Below, piece by piece: positions 1-13,900 of a DNA stretch of 64,000 nucleotides. Where the stretch lies: the NCBI GenBank assembly GCA_051362555.1, contig CM120640.1, forward strand, positions 48,400,788-48,464,787, in the 5' to 3' direction. The number at the start of each line of letters is the position of its first letter. Positions within the stretch are counted from its first letter, which is position 1. The translations under genes and the position numbers were made by a program. This DNA is from Lingula anatina (Eukaryota > Animalia > Brachiopoda). The notes under the pieces are model-generated. The model worked only from the letters and a program-made list of their open reading frames with translations. It had not been told where the DNA came from and made no database searches.

Positions 1-3000
1 CACATGCTACTTTCCCATTGAGTAGATGATCATCAAGCATGACTTCCAACCTGTTAGCCTCGTAAGTAACTATGGAAACAAAGATGCATGAAAGAAGTGT
101 TTTTCACGCAAAACTAATAAAATCAATCTCTGAGGAACAAGGACAAAATAAAGGAAATAGATAAGAATTAGGGAAAATGGTGACATCCACAGCACCATGT
201 CATTTCTAATATGAATTTATTAAAAAAACAAACTTTTTAAAACTGATTTTCTTGAAAAATAAACTTCTGATGTGCTTTCAATAAAACGACTGTATTAAAC
301 TGGTCTTTCCTCACAAGCACTTATATCATATCAGCCTTTTTCCCTCCCACCATTAGCACTTGTTAAAGAGAGCAGTATCAAGCTACTTCCATCTGCTTGT
401 GAGCTCCTTACCTCACCGCCCACCACAATACATCAAACAGCCACAACTCTATTCAAGACAGGTAAACTGAAAGCCTTAATACCGCATTATGTAACAATAT
501 TAGGGTATTACATCTCTATTACTAGCTCCTCCATTGCCCTTTCATAATAAGCCCTCCAATCCTACAAATCAGTCCCTTGCTGTATTTGTAATTGAACTTG
601 AGCTACTGAAAGTATTTGAACAATGACAACTTTGCAAGATTTACAATTTCTTCTCATTTTGATGAAATCTCTGCCAGTCTTTAAACCTTTATAACAATAA
701 AAATGTGTTCTTGAAAACAAACTGAGATTTTATCTCTTGTGGATAAATCAATGAAGCATGAAACTAAAAGGGTAAATTTTGTATGACCTTTTTAGACTAG
801 TGAAGTAACTTAAATTAATAGAGCCTGTTATTCTATGGGCAAATACTTTGCACTTTATATTAATGAAGTAAATTGCCTTGAATCAAATCAATCAAGCCCA
901 AGCACTAAACATCTGATCCACAAGACACAGTGCAATCTAGTTTTACCAACTTCTTTTCTGTCAACTCCAGGGATTTTCAAGATTTTTACTTTATTTCAAA
1001 GAACAAATAGTATTACCTTAACATTTGTCTCCTAATCAATACTTAAGTTTCTTAGATAACTACCTGAACCATAACCATAACCATAACCATTTTCTGTGGA
1101 AATGAATTAAACAACTGACTAAATTTGCCAAATCCCAAAAATCCCTTAACAATGAGTGATTCAGCTGTAACCTACTGCCCACTGCTCTCTTAGGAAATAA
1201 AATGCAAAACCTTGACCTCTATCATTATTAAGGTGTTGATGCCACCCATACAATATTCCTACACATCCTTTATTAAATATAGATACTGAGGTGGTTATGT
1301 GGTGTGTGGGTGTGTATGTAATAAGAGACCTTGTGGGATGTGCGTAGTCGTCACTTATCATTTCAAAAACCTTTATTAACTAAACATTACCCCAACTTAA
1401 ATCATTAAAAGAGGAATTATGGTAAAACTAAAGCTTTTTTGATAAAAATTACAAGTGTATGAAGATAAATGATGTGATCTCCACAAGTGACCACAGCCAA
1501 ATATCATGCATAAAATACCTGGCATACATTACACAATATATTTAGCTCATACAGGTGATGAATTAAATGACCACTTTCTAGTGAGTAAGGAAGCAAAAAG
1601 AGTAACAGCATGTAGCATATTCCTTAGGTCATACCAAAACCAATCAATCATCAAACAAAGGTAGATAAATTCAGGAGAATTAGTCTGTCTCTTGGGTTGA
1701 GTCATTGCTTGGCAACATCTTCAATGAGACAATTAGAATTGCTGACAGTATTATATAATATATGCTCCTGGTATAGTTAGAAGAAACCCAAGCGGTCTGG
1801 CAACCACCAGTGATAAATATTGCATTACCTGGACAGATGGATATTTGCTATTGATTACCGTGATGACAAAGTCAAGTTGATTAGAACGACTTAGTCACCT
1901 GTGTGATGTCTCATCCTTTTCTTGTTGGAATAATAAGAGACTGAAACAAATATTGAGAGAGTTTTAACTTAAAAATTGATGGAGCAAAAAGTTGTCTTAA
2001 AAATATACATCTACTTTGCATCTACTTTGCCTTTGGAACTCATCAGAGTAATTGGTCAATGTGTTATAAAACATTGCAAATAATGTCAGACAAGTTGACA
2101 TTTTCATAGCTCTCCCAAATTCTCATGGACTGTCTTTAAAATGTTTGGAAATTTTCTTTTTTTTTTTAATGAGTAGGGTAGTAAAGGCACTAAAATGTAT
2201 TAATTTTTAAAATCCACGTTATCTTTGTTGAGTACTGAACATCTAAACAGAAATCTCAAGTCAGCTTGTTATTTGAGTTTTGTCACTTTTGTTAAGCTTC
2301 ATCATTTCCAGCATTATTTAATTAGTGAACTGACAAATGCAATGTTCAAGTCATATGTACAATAGTTGAGCTTTTCCAAATGTCAGTTTAGTCAGTAAGC
2401 CAGTAAACACATCATCCACCACAGCACTAAACCATCAGTTCCTCCACAGTGCTTGGAGGTAAATGGTACTGGAGACAACAGGGGTGGGGCAGTCACTTGG
2501 AACCGTAGGCGAGGAAAGCATAATATGGAAGATTTCACAAGTAGTTAAACTGAAACTTTATACTTTTCTCCAGCAGCTGTGTTAGGTATATTTAGGAGGT
2601 TTTCTTGAAAATTTTCACCACATTTCTTACTAGTAATTATATCCCCCTCTCTTCCTGCAATCAAACAATTTGGATTATTTTTCGGACATCAACTTCACTT
2701 GTCATTATAATATAATAGTGATAAGGCTGAGGAAACCAAACTCTTCCACAGCCCACAAAACTAGAAGAGCAAAGGTGGACAAAGGTACTCATAAATCACC
2801 CCTCATGGTTGAATGCCTTTAAAAAACGTGCAGCTGATGGAGTAAACCACAACCACAAAAAAAGTGCAAAATTTCTTGTCATTTACAAAACTGGGAACAT
2901 GATATATTGGAAAGAACATCTTGTGCATAGTCTAGGCCTTGGCTTGCCACTTCTGTCCATTCATGATGTTTTTTAGATTTTATGCCTCTGGTAGGACCCA

Positions 3001-6000
3001 GTAATCAGAGTAATTAAGTCTTTCTACAGGCTTAAAAAAGGAACATCAAATTTTTGTGATGCTACTTACTGTTGTTTTCTATGTATGAATGCAAAAATTC
3101 AGTTGCTGTGGTTTTTCAGGCTATTCCTATTTGAACATTTACATTTGCCAGAAGGGATGCCAACATATGACATCGGCATCTAACAGGGGCACAATGGAGC
3201 AGTAAATTATTTTCTAAATAATGCAAAATGAAAACTGTATAAGTGTGCCTGGGGATAAACAACACTGATGACACATTAGGAGATCTTGGGTGGTGAGAAA
3301 TAAGACTTACCAAACAGAACAAATATAAATAACAAATTAAAAGCCTGCATTTCTACTGCAATTTACAAAGTAAAAAATCATAAGTGTCATTTGATCTAGC
3401 TCTCAGAGCCTTGTCTGAACATCCAATTTTACTAAGCATCAGACTCACTGACAATCGCATATAGCAACATGCCTGATGTCAATGTCAAAGGCAATATGAT
3501 AATTGGAAGAATAGTGATAAAAAGATGTCTCAGATACCTGAGCTCCAATTGCCTGCATAATCTTGCTCTGACAAAGAAAGAAAATTGAGAAAATTGCAGG
3601 AAAAACCTGACATGTTATAAATTGCAGGTCTTTTCCCCTGGGTAATTTGGCTTTTCTGATCACAGAGACCATTCCATACATTTCGTTCAGGAGTTTGAGC
3701 ACGTATTGTCTGTCTGCAGTTTTCCAAAAAGGGGTTAAAAGCTCCCAGTATCAATATCAGTGCTCCAGGCATTTTGCACTTTGCTCATAAGTCTCAAAAG
3801 CATGCTTCTCTCAACAGTTGGACAAATGTTTTACTGCATGTAACAAGAGCTGGTGAATATCTTAAAAGCAAGCAGTGTCAAACTGGATGCAATACATGTT
3901 ATATAATGTTAAGATATGCAAGTCCTTACAGTTGCTTATTCTGTAAATCTAAGTGATTTTGAAGAAAAGTTAATGCCCATAAAGAATTGTTAACGCAGTC
4001 TACTGTCACTCATTTTTAAGAGTGAAACATATACCAAACAAAACCAAGTGATCAAATGTTGACTCAACTTCATGCAACATAGCAAAATCTAGAGAAAAAA
4101 GAAACTGAAGAATTTTCAAAAATTTTAAGGTATTTCACAAACCGGTTTTATGATATTTAACTACATGTGCTTAACACACATACATAGGCTTAAGAGAAGA
4201 AAAGAAATATATCACCAAATCTAAAACCCCATTATCCATTCATTTTAAAACAGTTTTCCAGTTGCAATGTTACCAACATAATCATCAAGAAAATTTTCAA
4301 ATATTTTTAACACATCTAATATCTAATATCTAATAATTCTTATCTTAATAACATCTTTAGTCATAGGTTTCAAACCATCTATTTATACCACTTTCAATTC
4401 CATACTTATCACCATGCAAAAGAGTTACATAAAATGTTGATAGACTTAATAATATTGTGATGAGTTAATCAACTTTTACACAGCATGGGCTCAAAGAAAG
4501 TGGCTGTATTACTCCTCTCTTAATCAGAGTAAATAAGGCCTCCATGAATAACAATCGACACACCCCTGGTTAAGGTTTTAGAAGCTAATTAAATGGCGGG
4601 ACTACTGTTGATTAATGGATATAACCCGCAAAGTAGCTCCCTCAAATAGACTTCTCTAGAAACATTACACAAGAAATATAAGACGGCTTTTACAAACTTG
4701 GAGGACCTCTGTCTGAAGGGCAAAATGCCTGGCAAATTATCCCATTCATCAGATTATGCTCTTGTTGGAAGTATGTTTGTCAATTATTTTTTGTTTGAAA
4801 ATAGCTGAGTATGTGGTTAAGAGACTGAAGACAGCATGATCAGATTGCAATCAGACACTAAGGGGCCAGGTGTAATGTCCAGCGACCCTCTATCATTGCT
4901 CTATGCCTGTCCTCTAGAGCATTTTACTGCTATATAATTATCAAAGGAAATGGATTCAAAAACACTATTCCAGTCTACATTTCTGATCATTTTGAATCCC
5001 TTCGGCATCCTCATATCAATCAAAGCTGGGTTCAAAACCCATGTCATTTTTAAGTCAATATGGTGGTTTAATTAAACCCTGCTATGATTTTCATGGCCAA
5101 TATACAGGAGCTGGATATTAAACCTTACCATTTTAGTTAGCAACTTCATGACATTGTCATCATCAATCAAAACTCCCCGCTTTCTTAATTACATTTGTTA
5201 GTTTGAATCAAACATACAAATCCTAGCTTTTGGTATTGGGCCATATGTATGGAATAATGCAATCAGAATTATTTTATTAGTGAAACATATCCTACCATCA
5301 GCCCCATCAGAACAACATTAAACCCCACATTGTCACTACCTTCTTGAATTTCTGTGTTTCATTTTATTGGTTGTTCATTTATTTCCAGATACAGTGATGT
5401 ATGATTTCTAACAGATATATTGCAATGAAAGATTTTCAGCAAGTTCTACATCTATCATTATTATAAAAGCCACTGCAGTTGGTTTAAAAATTGGGCTTAT
5501 CAAAATTAAATACATATTTAGTTCTTGGCCAAAATATAGTGATTTACTATTCAATATTTAATTTCATTTATGGCAAACAAATAATATGTAATAATTCAGA
5601 CCACCCATCACTCACATCAGTTCATTTTCATGAAGAAAATGGAGTGGTACACTATGTCTCCATGGAACTATTATTGAGTTATCTTCATTTCGTGAAGAGT
5701 GGTAACAGATCTGGACTTACTTAAAGTGTTAAAGAGACCCATTAACCAGCACTTATATATAATAGATCACTTCAATAATAAAATTTGCTTTGATAGGTCC
5801 TGCTGGTATCAGTATACAGTTTCCCACATTATCGCAAACCTTTCAAATAAACCTGTTCATCTTATAGATCATGCATTGCATTATTCTCCAGTTTAAAGTC
5901 AGTTCCGAAGTACGTGAATGAAATGCACCTTTAGAAGCACTTAATGACACAAAGAAAAGTAATTCTACCATCATTTTGAAAGTTTGCACTGCCTTTCCAC

Positions 6001-6182
6001 AAAGGAATTGTCAGGTATTGTTTTACTTGTAGCCCCTTTAGACCACCTGTGGTGAAAATACCTTTACTGAATGAAAGGCTTTTGAAGTAACATGACCACG
6101 TGGGTGGATGTGGTTAATTGAGAAGTGATGTTACTGAAGGAAGGGCACAGAGATTGTCCAAAATTATTTCAGCTAAGCTTAA

Positions 6183-6517
6183 AGGGATAATAACTCCTTG
6201 TTTCGGCCAAAAAATGAATTTTCCTGGAGTAAACAATTTTCCCATACTTACCAATGGTTAATGAATCCATATTTACATTCAAAGTTAGTCCCTGTCTTTT
6301 TTTCTAAAAAGTTTGGTTTTTTGTTAAAATCTCTTAAGAGATTATAACAGAGTATAGCCATCAATGGAGGTCACCTGGTCTAAAGACAAGCTCAGATATC
6401 AGAATAATAGCTTTAACTGCCATTTTTATGGTAAAACAGAATATATTATATTTCTATGAGTTATTCACAATGTTTTTATTGTGAAATATAGATCTCATAC
6501 GAAGAGTTATTATCCTT
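6183..6517. mobile_element. TTAA-target MITE (Kolobok/T2-MITE-like), same family as 43800-44139
   Basis: TTAA|AGGGATAATAAC ... GTTATTATCCTT|TTAA; colinear similarity with the MPP10 intron copy. Confidence 0.8.
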
Positions 6518-8456
6518 TTAAAAAAAGGGGCTGGGGGGGGGGGGGGGGCAGCAATTTGTCTCCTTTAATTCCAGGAATTATCCTTGGATAAAGGTTTGTA
6601 ACCTCAGATATTTTGCATAGTGTATACAGACATATGCAAAAGTACTTTGAGAAATACATTAATTTAATTTTTTTCTTGAAAAGCAATTAGATGAGAAAAA
6701 AGTCATTGGCATGTGATATAAATGAAATGAAATAAGCTCAGGTCTAAAATGTCAAACACAACCAAAAAATAAATCTTCCATTGCTGCACCTGGTAACTAC
6801 AGGATAGCTGCATGTGCAGCTGCACTGATCATGGGTTGTGGCTAACTGTCACCCTATGACGAAGTGTAGATATACTTCCTAATTACTGAATACATCATGT
6901 AAGTGCCAAACATATCTCAAACAAGATGACATTGTAACTCAACACCTGAAAAGGGGGGTTACCAAAACAGTGGACCACCATGAGCAAGCATAATGCTGAC
7001 CATCATCTTGCTCATGTCACTAGAGAAAGGCTTGTCCTATGTAATAGTATAAGCAGTCATTACATGGGTTCATGCTGTGTGACGTACAAGTCTGAGTTCT
7101 CTTCCCTGAAATCAGATATATAACAACAGAGAACTGCCCAAACAGTTATCAAGAGGTAAATAACTTGGTAATTAATTCAGCAATGTGAAATAGTAAAAGT
7201 AAGAACAGTCATCACAGCTTGACCATGTGCTGTCTGAAGCATAAGTTCTAAATTTCCCCTTTAAAATCAACTTTGTCTTTCCTTTGCTGATGTTGTGAGG
7301 AAACTCAGCTAATCAAAGACAAATTATTGCAATGACTGCTCAAGTTCTGTCCCACACAAAATGGGCCTAATAGAAAGAATGTCTGCCCAACACTATAAGT
7401 TACTACTTTATGCTGACTGAGGTACTAGCTTGAGTCTCCCGCCAGGACATCCTCAATCTTCTAATTAAAACAGTGAGTTTAAGACATGCTTAATGGATTA
7501 GGAAAACTGGGAGTTTTCCAATAGAGCACCACAGTTAACACCATCAATTATCTGGTTATTAATGAATGACTGAGTCTGTTTTTCCAAGGACAATATATCA
7601 TGATGAATTTCTCAGGGGAACGGTGGTCCCAAATTTTCTCTAATATTTCAGAAATGAGTCTAATAATTTACACATTAGATCCGTGATTTATTTCTCCTTT
7701 ACAGCACATTAAAAGTGATTTCTTTACACAGCATTATCATCCATGAATACAGTACATTTTGGAATATATACAATGTAAATCAACATAATTTGCTATGGTA
7801 ATAAAAGTTGGCAAACATTAGACAGGATTACGACTGTTTGCTTTGACCACTGTTCATGAAGTAAAATGATAAGAAGCCAAATCTTTCAGGCCGAAGCACT
7901 TTTAATCCCAAAACATACTTAGGAAAATGAACAAACATTACTATTTAGTTACACAACACAGCAATCAAACAATTAATGTCCTAATGTACATTCACTATTA
8001 TTTGAACCAATTACTCATAGTATTGCTAGTGTACTAGTATTGCTCGTATTGCCTGCCAAATGAAAAGAAAATATTTGAAGTCAATAAAAGCAGAGTATAG
8101 TAAAAATCTAATGACAGTGACATAATCACTTACCCAAGAAGGTGGTGGAAAATCATTACATTGATCACAATAACAACTGGCTTTAATGACCAAGTATGGG
8201 ATTAGTGACACTATAACATATTCAATCTTCTACTCTTTGAGCACTTACAACTGTACCATACAGTAACAAAAGATGTAATGCAATATTATGTAAAGACACA
8301 AATAAGAACTTGGGGATATATACAGTAGCACATAAGGGAAACATGTCAATGATTTATCGCTCTTAGATTGGCAAAACAAGGCCCATATATATAAATGTAT
8401 CTTCTATTTTTCACAGAGAATGATCACAATGTACTTAGCAGTTATGAACTCCATTT

Positions 8457-8561
<105 letters not shown>

Positions 8562-10919
8562 ATTACAATATCTAGGGCCATATTTTAGCAAGAACACACA
8601 TTCTAGATATAAGACAAATAAGTCAAAGATGCCAGATATGTACAAAGACTGACCCATGAAGGTATGTTGATGAAATAGTCCACTTAATCAATTGTGAAGC
8701 TTATTGTCATAGCTGCAAACTGTAGCTTTTGGCTAAATATCAGCAGCAGATGATACAATCTGTTACATTCTTCCTAATCAGTTCATCTTTGTAAAGTGAC
8801 ATTTTGAGATCATTCTTGATTGGCAGGCCATATACACAATCTCTAAATAATAAATGTCATATTTCTATGAAAACCACTTTCCAAATGGCCCCCATCAAAT
8901 TTTAATCTACCATCACCATCAAAGATAATTATTGCAAGAAAATGCATCTAATGCATGTACCATCCGGCATTGATGGGTGCAAGCTGGACTTAATAACCCG
9001 TCACTTTTCATACACCTCCCTAAAGGGGGTGGTCACGGCCATCTTTTGTTGCCTTTCCATTATACATTCACATTGTGACCAGCAGGTTATATATTGACAG
9101 TCAATGTTTTGCATAAATATTTCCATTTTGAATCCCTCTAAGTCATTAGGCACCCCATACCTTTGGATTGACACTTTACTTTCTAAATACACAGGTACAA
9201 CAATAAGACATTGCACAAAGTAGCTGCAATAAAGAAGTCATTACGCTATAAAAAGAGCCTTTTATTTGTGGTTTGAAATAGTTTACCTCCTCATTTCCCT
9301 AGATATCATGAAGTAGAATACTGATAGAAAAAACAGATATGTATATAAGAAATATGCCTAGCCTAGAAGATTAGATTTTTTTTTTATGTACTGGCAATAT
9401 TCATTGTGTTCCCAGACCTAGTGCTCAGGTGCCTAAATCATGTGTCCTAAAATTGCACACATTCTTTATCACAAAGAAAATGTTAAATAAAATACAAGCA
9501 AAAACAGCCAAGTGAAAAGTTTTTCTTCACAACTTCACTCATGTAAGACAAATCAGATATTCCTTCCACACTTCCCATGCTTATTCACTCAGGAGAAAGA
9601 TCAATATTATTGCAATCACCTATGAACCAACCCCTTCTAATTACAGTTCCTGATCTCCTTAAGATCAATAACCAATTTTAATATTTCATTTTCAATTTCC
9701 CTTTCCTCCATTATATCTAGATATTCTATTTTCACTCAGCTTTTCAATTTGTCCTGAGTAAGTAGTATACCATGCTATGTTCCCCAAATATAGCAGTTTC
9801 TATTACTGTATTATTCCTATAAATTTGTAGTATAAATACACCTGCAATATAGAGGTCTTTTATACCAAGCACATTCTTTTTTAATGACAGCATTTTTAGC
9901 ATGTTTCATTGGACACATAAGCTTGGGAAGTCTTTTCCTCCTTTAACCCAATACAGGGAATTTGCAGACACTTAAATATATCCCTGGGGGCACGATTTAA
10001 TTAGCTGACGCGTGCACACACTGGACACTGAATAAGAATTTGTACAAACTGAGTGACATGCACCTAAAGGACTGATGATTTTGCTACTTGACTGTTGGGT
10101 TTTCAAATATATTCCTGCACTATTAGTTTAGCATCTTCTTTGTTTTTCTTCCATATAATATCTCAGTCGATCTGTGAAGATAAGTATTTGAGTATGCGCT
10201 GTGGTAAATTATCAAAATGTGAAATAATATTTTTTTCTTTGAGATTCAGCTTCTTATTCCCATTTCCTTGTTGAATTTACACCTTCCACTAACAACACAT
10301 GGAATGATGAAATTTGTAAAAATGCACAAGGCCTACTAAAATAAGAAATTCTTTACTGCATGGTATGTTTCTTTTCTTTATGAAACAAAATTTGAATGCA
10401 GTTTTCAAATGCAATTCATCAAGAATATCATTTCATCTTTGAGAGCCATCCTCTACTTCTCCATTTTCAAAGTCAATCAATCAGTCACTGACTTCATGAC
10501 ATATCATGATCACATTACTGAATGTGACAGCACTCCCTGTAATGCACACTTCAAATCCTTAACCTATGATTTATCTATGAATAGAGTTATTCTATAACAA
10601 CAATAACGCGAACAAAGTGTTTTACTTAAATTACTTATTGAATCAGACAGTAAATGGGAGATGTGGTCCAATGTGTTACAATAATTATGCAGTCAGTTTA
10701 TATCTACTCACATATTCTTCAATTCAGTGATATTATCAAAATGCCAAAATTTTTATAAAAAATACTTAAAATTGTTTGCAATTCCTTTTGAATTAAAATG
10801 TCAATTTTAATGATTCATATGAACTACAGTTGCCTGGAGAAGAGCACAAGAATTCCACGTGGATAATTGTAAAACAACAATGTCTGTATTTCAAATTTTT
10901 TTCCTTATTCCTTTTTCAG

Positions 10920-13900
10920 TAGATGGAAGAAAGGTTCCATATAAAGGAGAAGGAGGCCATGGAATAGAATTTCTAGTCACTACAAACAATGTAACTGCCG
11001 AAGTTGATGAAGATGTTGAACTAATATGCGCATTAAGAAACCTTGGGCCTAAAGTGGTAGGTAAAAATCATTGCTTGGTAGTTTCCTAGAAAATGCCTTG
11101 TAATCTCTTTCTGTAGAATCAATATTTCTGCAATGGCCATTTCCAGCCCTCAGTCTTTTAAATTGAATCTATCCAGGCAGATGTACTGAGTGTCCTTCCT
11201 CTCCATTTTTCTTGCTTTGTGCCACAGAAGTATGTATACTGCTACCAAGTCTTTACTAAGATTTCCTTTCCTATAAGGTGTGGTGCAACATTCATTTTGT
11301 GTTGCTTGCATAAGGCCCTTTCCTACAAACTTACATCCACACATGCCTCATTCTCTTCATCAATTAAGTCATGAATGACATTATGTGATTGAGAAAATGC
11401 ACACACTTAAGACGACAATCAGTGTGTTGCTAAATGTGGCTCTTAAAGTTTGAACCACACAAGCCCCAAGCCAAAAAGCTGCATGTCAGAAATGCATTCT
11501 TTGCAAGAAAACCACCATTACAGGAGAGTTGATTCAAGTAATTTAACGACAGTGGCCATGTTTAGATAACAATACCAAACACTAGAGGCGAATTTGACAA
11601 TATTTTAGAACATGTTTGCATAGCTCCAGTGCACATACAAATTTCCACAATACAAGACAAACACTCCTAATAGACATAAGTAAAACTTACTTGACTGCTC
11701 ACTAAGTAAAAAGTAAACGTACTCACACCCAAAATCTAAAACTTACATGTTATAATCTTCTCTTACTTCTAGTATTGTACATTGAAAAGAAATTTTTGAC
11801 CACTTCATACATAATCATAATGCAATTACATGGTGACAAATCCTATTTTCTCTTGTTGGGATTTATTCACAAGTGGAATTTTATTTAGTCTGTCCCCTTT
11901 AATGTGCCCTGCCTGGGTATATACTGACATCAAGCTTACAAAGCAAAAAAAAAAAACAAAACATTCCTACATACAAAATTTAAGTTATGGCACTGCATTT
12001 CCGATGTATTTAATTTGCTGGCTGGTTTTGTTCAAGAAGAAACATTTATTAACTAATCAAAAGTTAAAAGTCTATCTTGATATATTTACACCAGGACGCT
12101 AAGGAAAAAAAGGATCTATATAGAAAGAATGAAACATATGTACTAATAGGAAAAACAGTATTTTATACCTTTTGTTGCCTTGATATGAGAAAAAACACCA
12201 AGCAGTCTAAAAAAACCAACTAAAAAAAAATTCTATCAAACATATACCAACTTGGAGTTGAAGACACTTAAAAAAAAACCACAAAAAGAAGAAGACTCTT
12301 CAAAACTTCGCTTACTAAAAATAGCAAACAAATACAAGGGCAATATTCATAAAGCCAGATTTTACCACCCAAATATTTACAATAGCTTCACTATTTACAG
12401 ATACAGGTTAATATGAGGGCTGGTCCTCTTTGAAGTGAGAAACCAAAAGAAATGTATTCATGAGGACCATAAAGCAGCTAGAGTTCCAGATCAATGAAAG
12501 AATGTCCTATAGGTATAGAATTAACAATAAATGTTCAGGGCCAGTGCATGTGAAAATGTAACATCAACCCACCATTAATCCCATGTGATCCCACCTTACC
12601 ACAGGGGTTTTCACTTACTAATTCAGGGCCCTAATATAACCCCAGGTGACTGCAAGTTGAGCTTGGCCCTATCAGTCACGACAGGTGTGCCAGAGCCAGC
12701 CAGTCAGTAAAATATAAGGAACTTAAGAGCTTAGGAAAATTACTCCAGCCACTTTTGTTCCATGGTGATGATGCTGTGAAGCATGTTACTTTTAAGGTCT
12801 TTTTCTTCCTACATTGCATCATCCACAGAATCGTTCAAATTGAACTGCAGTTGCATCGCCAATCCAAATAACTAGCATGGGGAAAAAGTATTTAAGTTCA
12901 AATTATAATCTGCACTGATGCTTTACCTCCTTAAACCTAATGTTAAAGTACATTTTAATTTTTCTAAATTTTGATAAACACTTTTCATTTTTCAGACCCT
13001 TTATAATACTTTATTCTAAAACCCTTTTTTAAACAATTTTTTTTGCTCTTAAAAATTTGAAGCAATATATTTATGCAAAATTTACTGGCAAATTAAGATA
13101 AAAATCAACACATGCATGTGGAAAAATAACGCTGCCAAATAAAAAGAAGATCCCAGAAGTGATATTGCAATAACAGCTTGGAATCACAATATGATAAACA
13201 CCAGATACTTGTATAAAACAGTTAACTCCAGATGTATGGTAGAAGACTTTCATATAAAAAGTACTTTCCTGCTGTAAACAGTATTTTTCTATGAATTACC
13301 AAGCTTTATTCATCCTTTTCCTGATACTGGGGTGCTTCAGGGGGTGAAACATTAGATTATTTTTGTCTACATTAATTCATGGCATTTGTCTGTTAATTGA
13401 CCTAAAAGTATTACTAATCCTTTGATAAGTTCAACATGAAGTGCTTTATGTACTTAATGTGTGTTTAAAATATTAAATTTTGTCTCTTAACATTAAGTTC
13501 AGCCTGTTTTCCCAAATATCTCTCTTGAAGCTTCTACAGATATCTGCAAAAAAGGCTTTCATTAATCACAAAAACACTTATTGTTGTAAATTGCCATAAT
13601 TTTGTTATATGTCATGTTTGATATATGACCTGACAGGAAATCTAGGGTTTAAATTGCCTACTACATACATCACGTAGCTTTACACTTCCTGAATCCAACC
13701 TTCATTTACCTGGTATGAATGTAATACAAGTAAAATAAGAAATGTCACAGCCATGCAGTCATAGAAATATGAAAGTAATAAATATAACACTCCAGAAGTA
13801 TTTATGGGATTTTGTTTAATATTCCTAGAAACAGTAACTCTTAGGCTGTAAAGTTTAGAGGAGTTTGTCTTCTTATATATCAGAAATCAAGCCCACTTCC

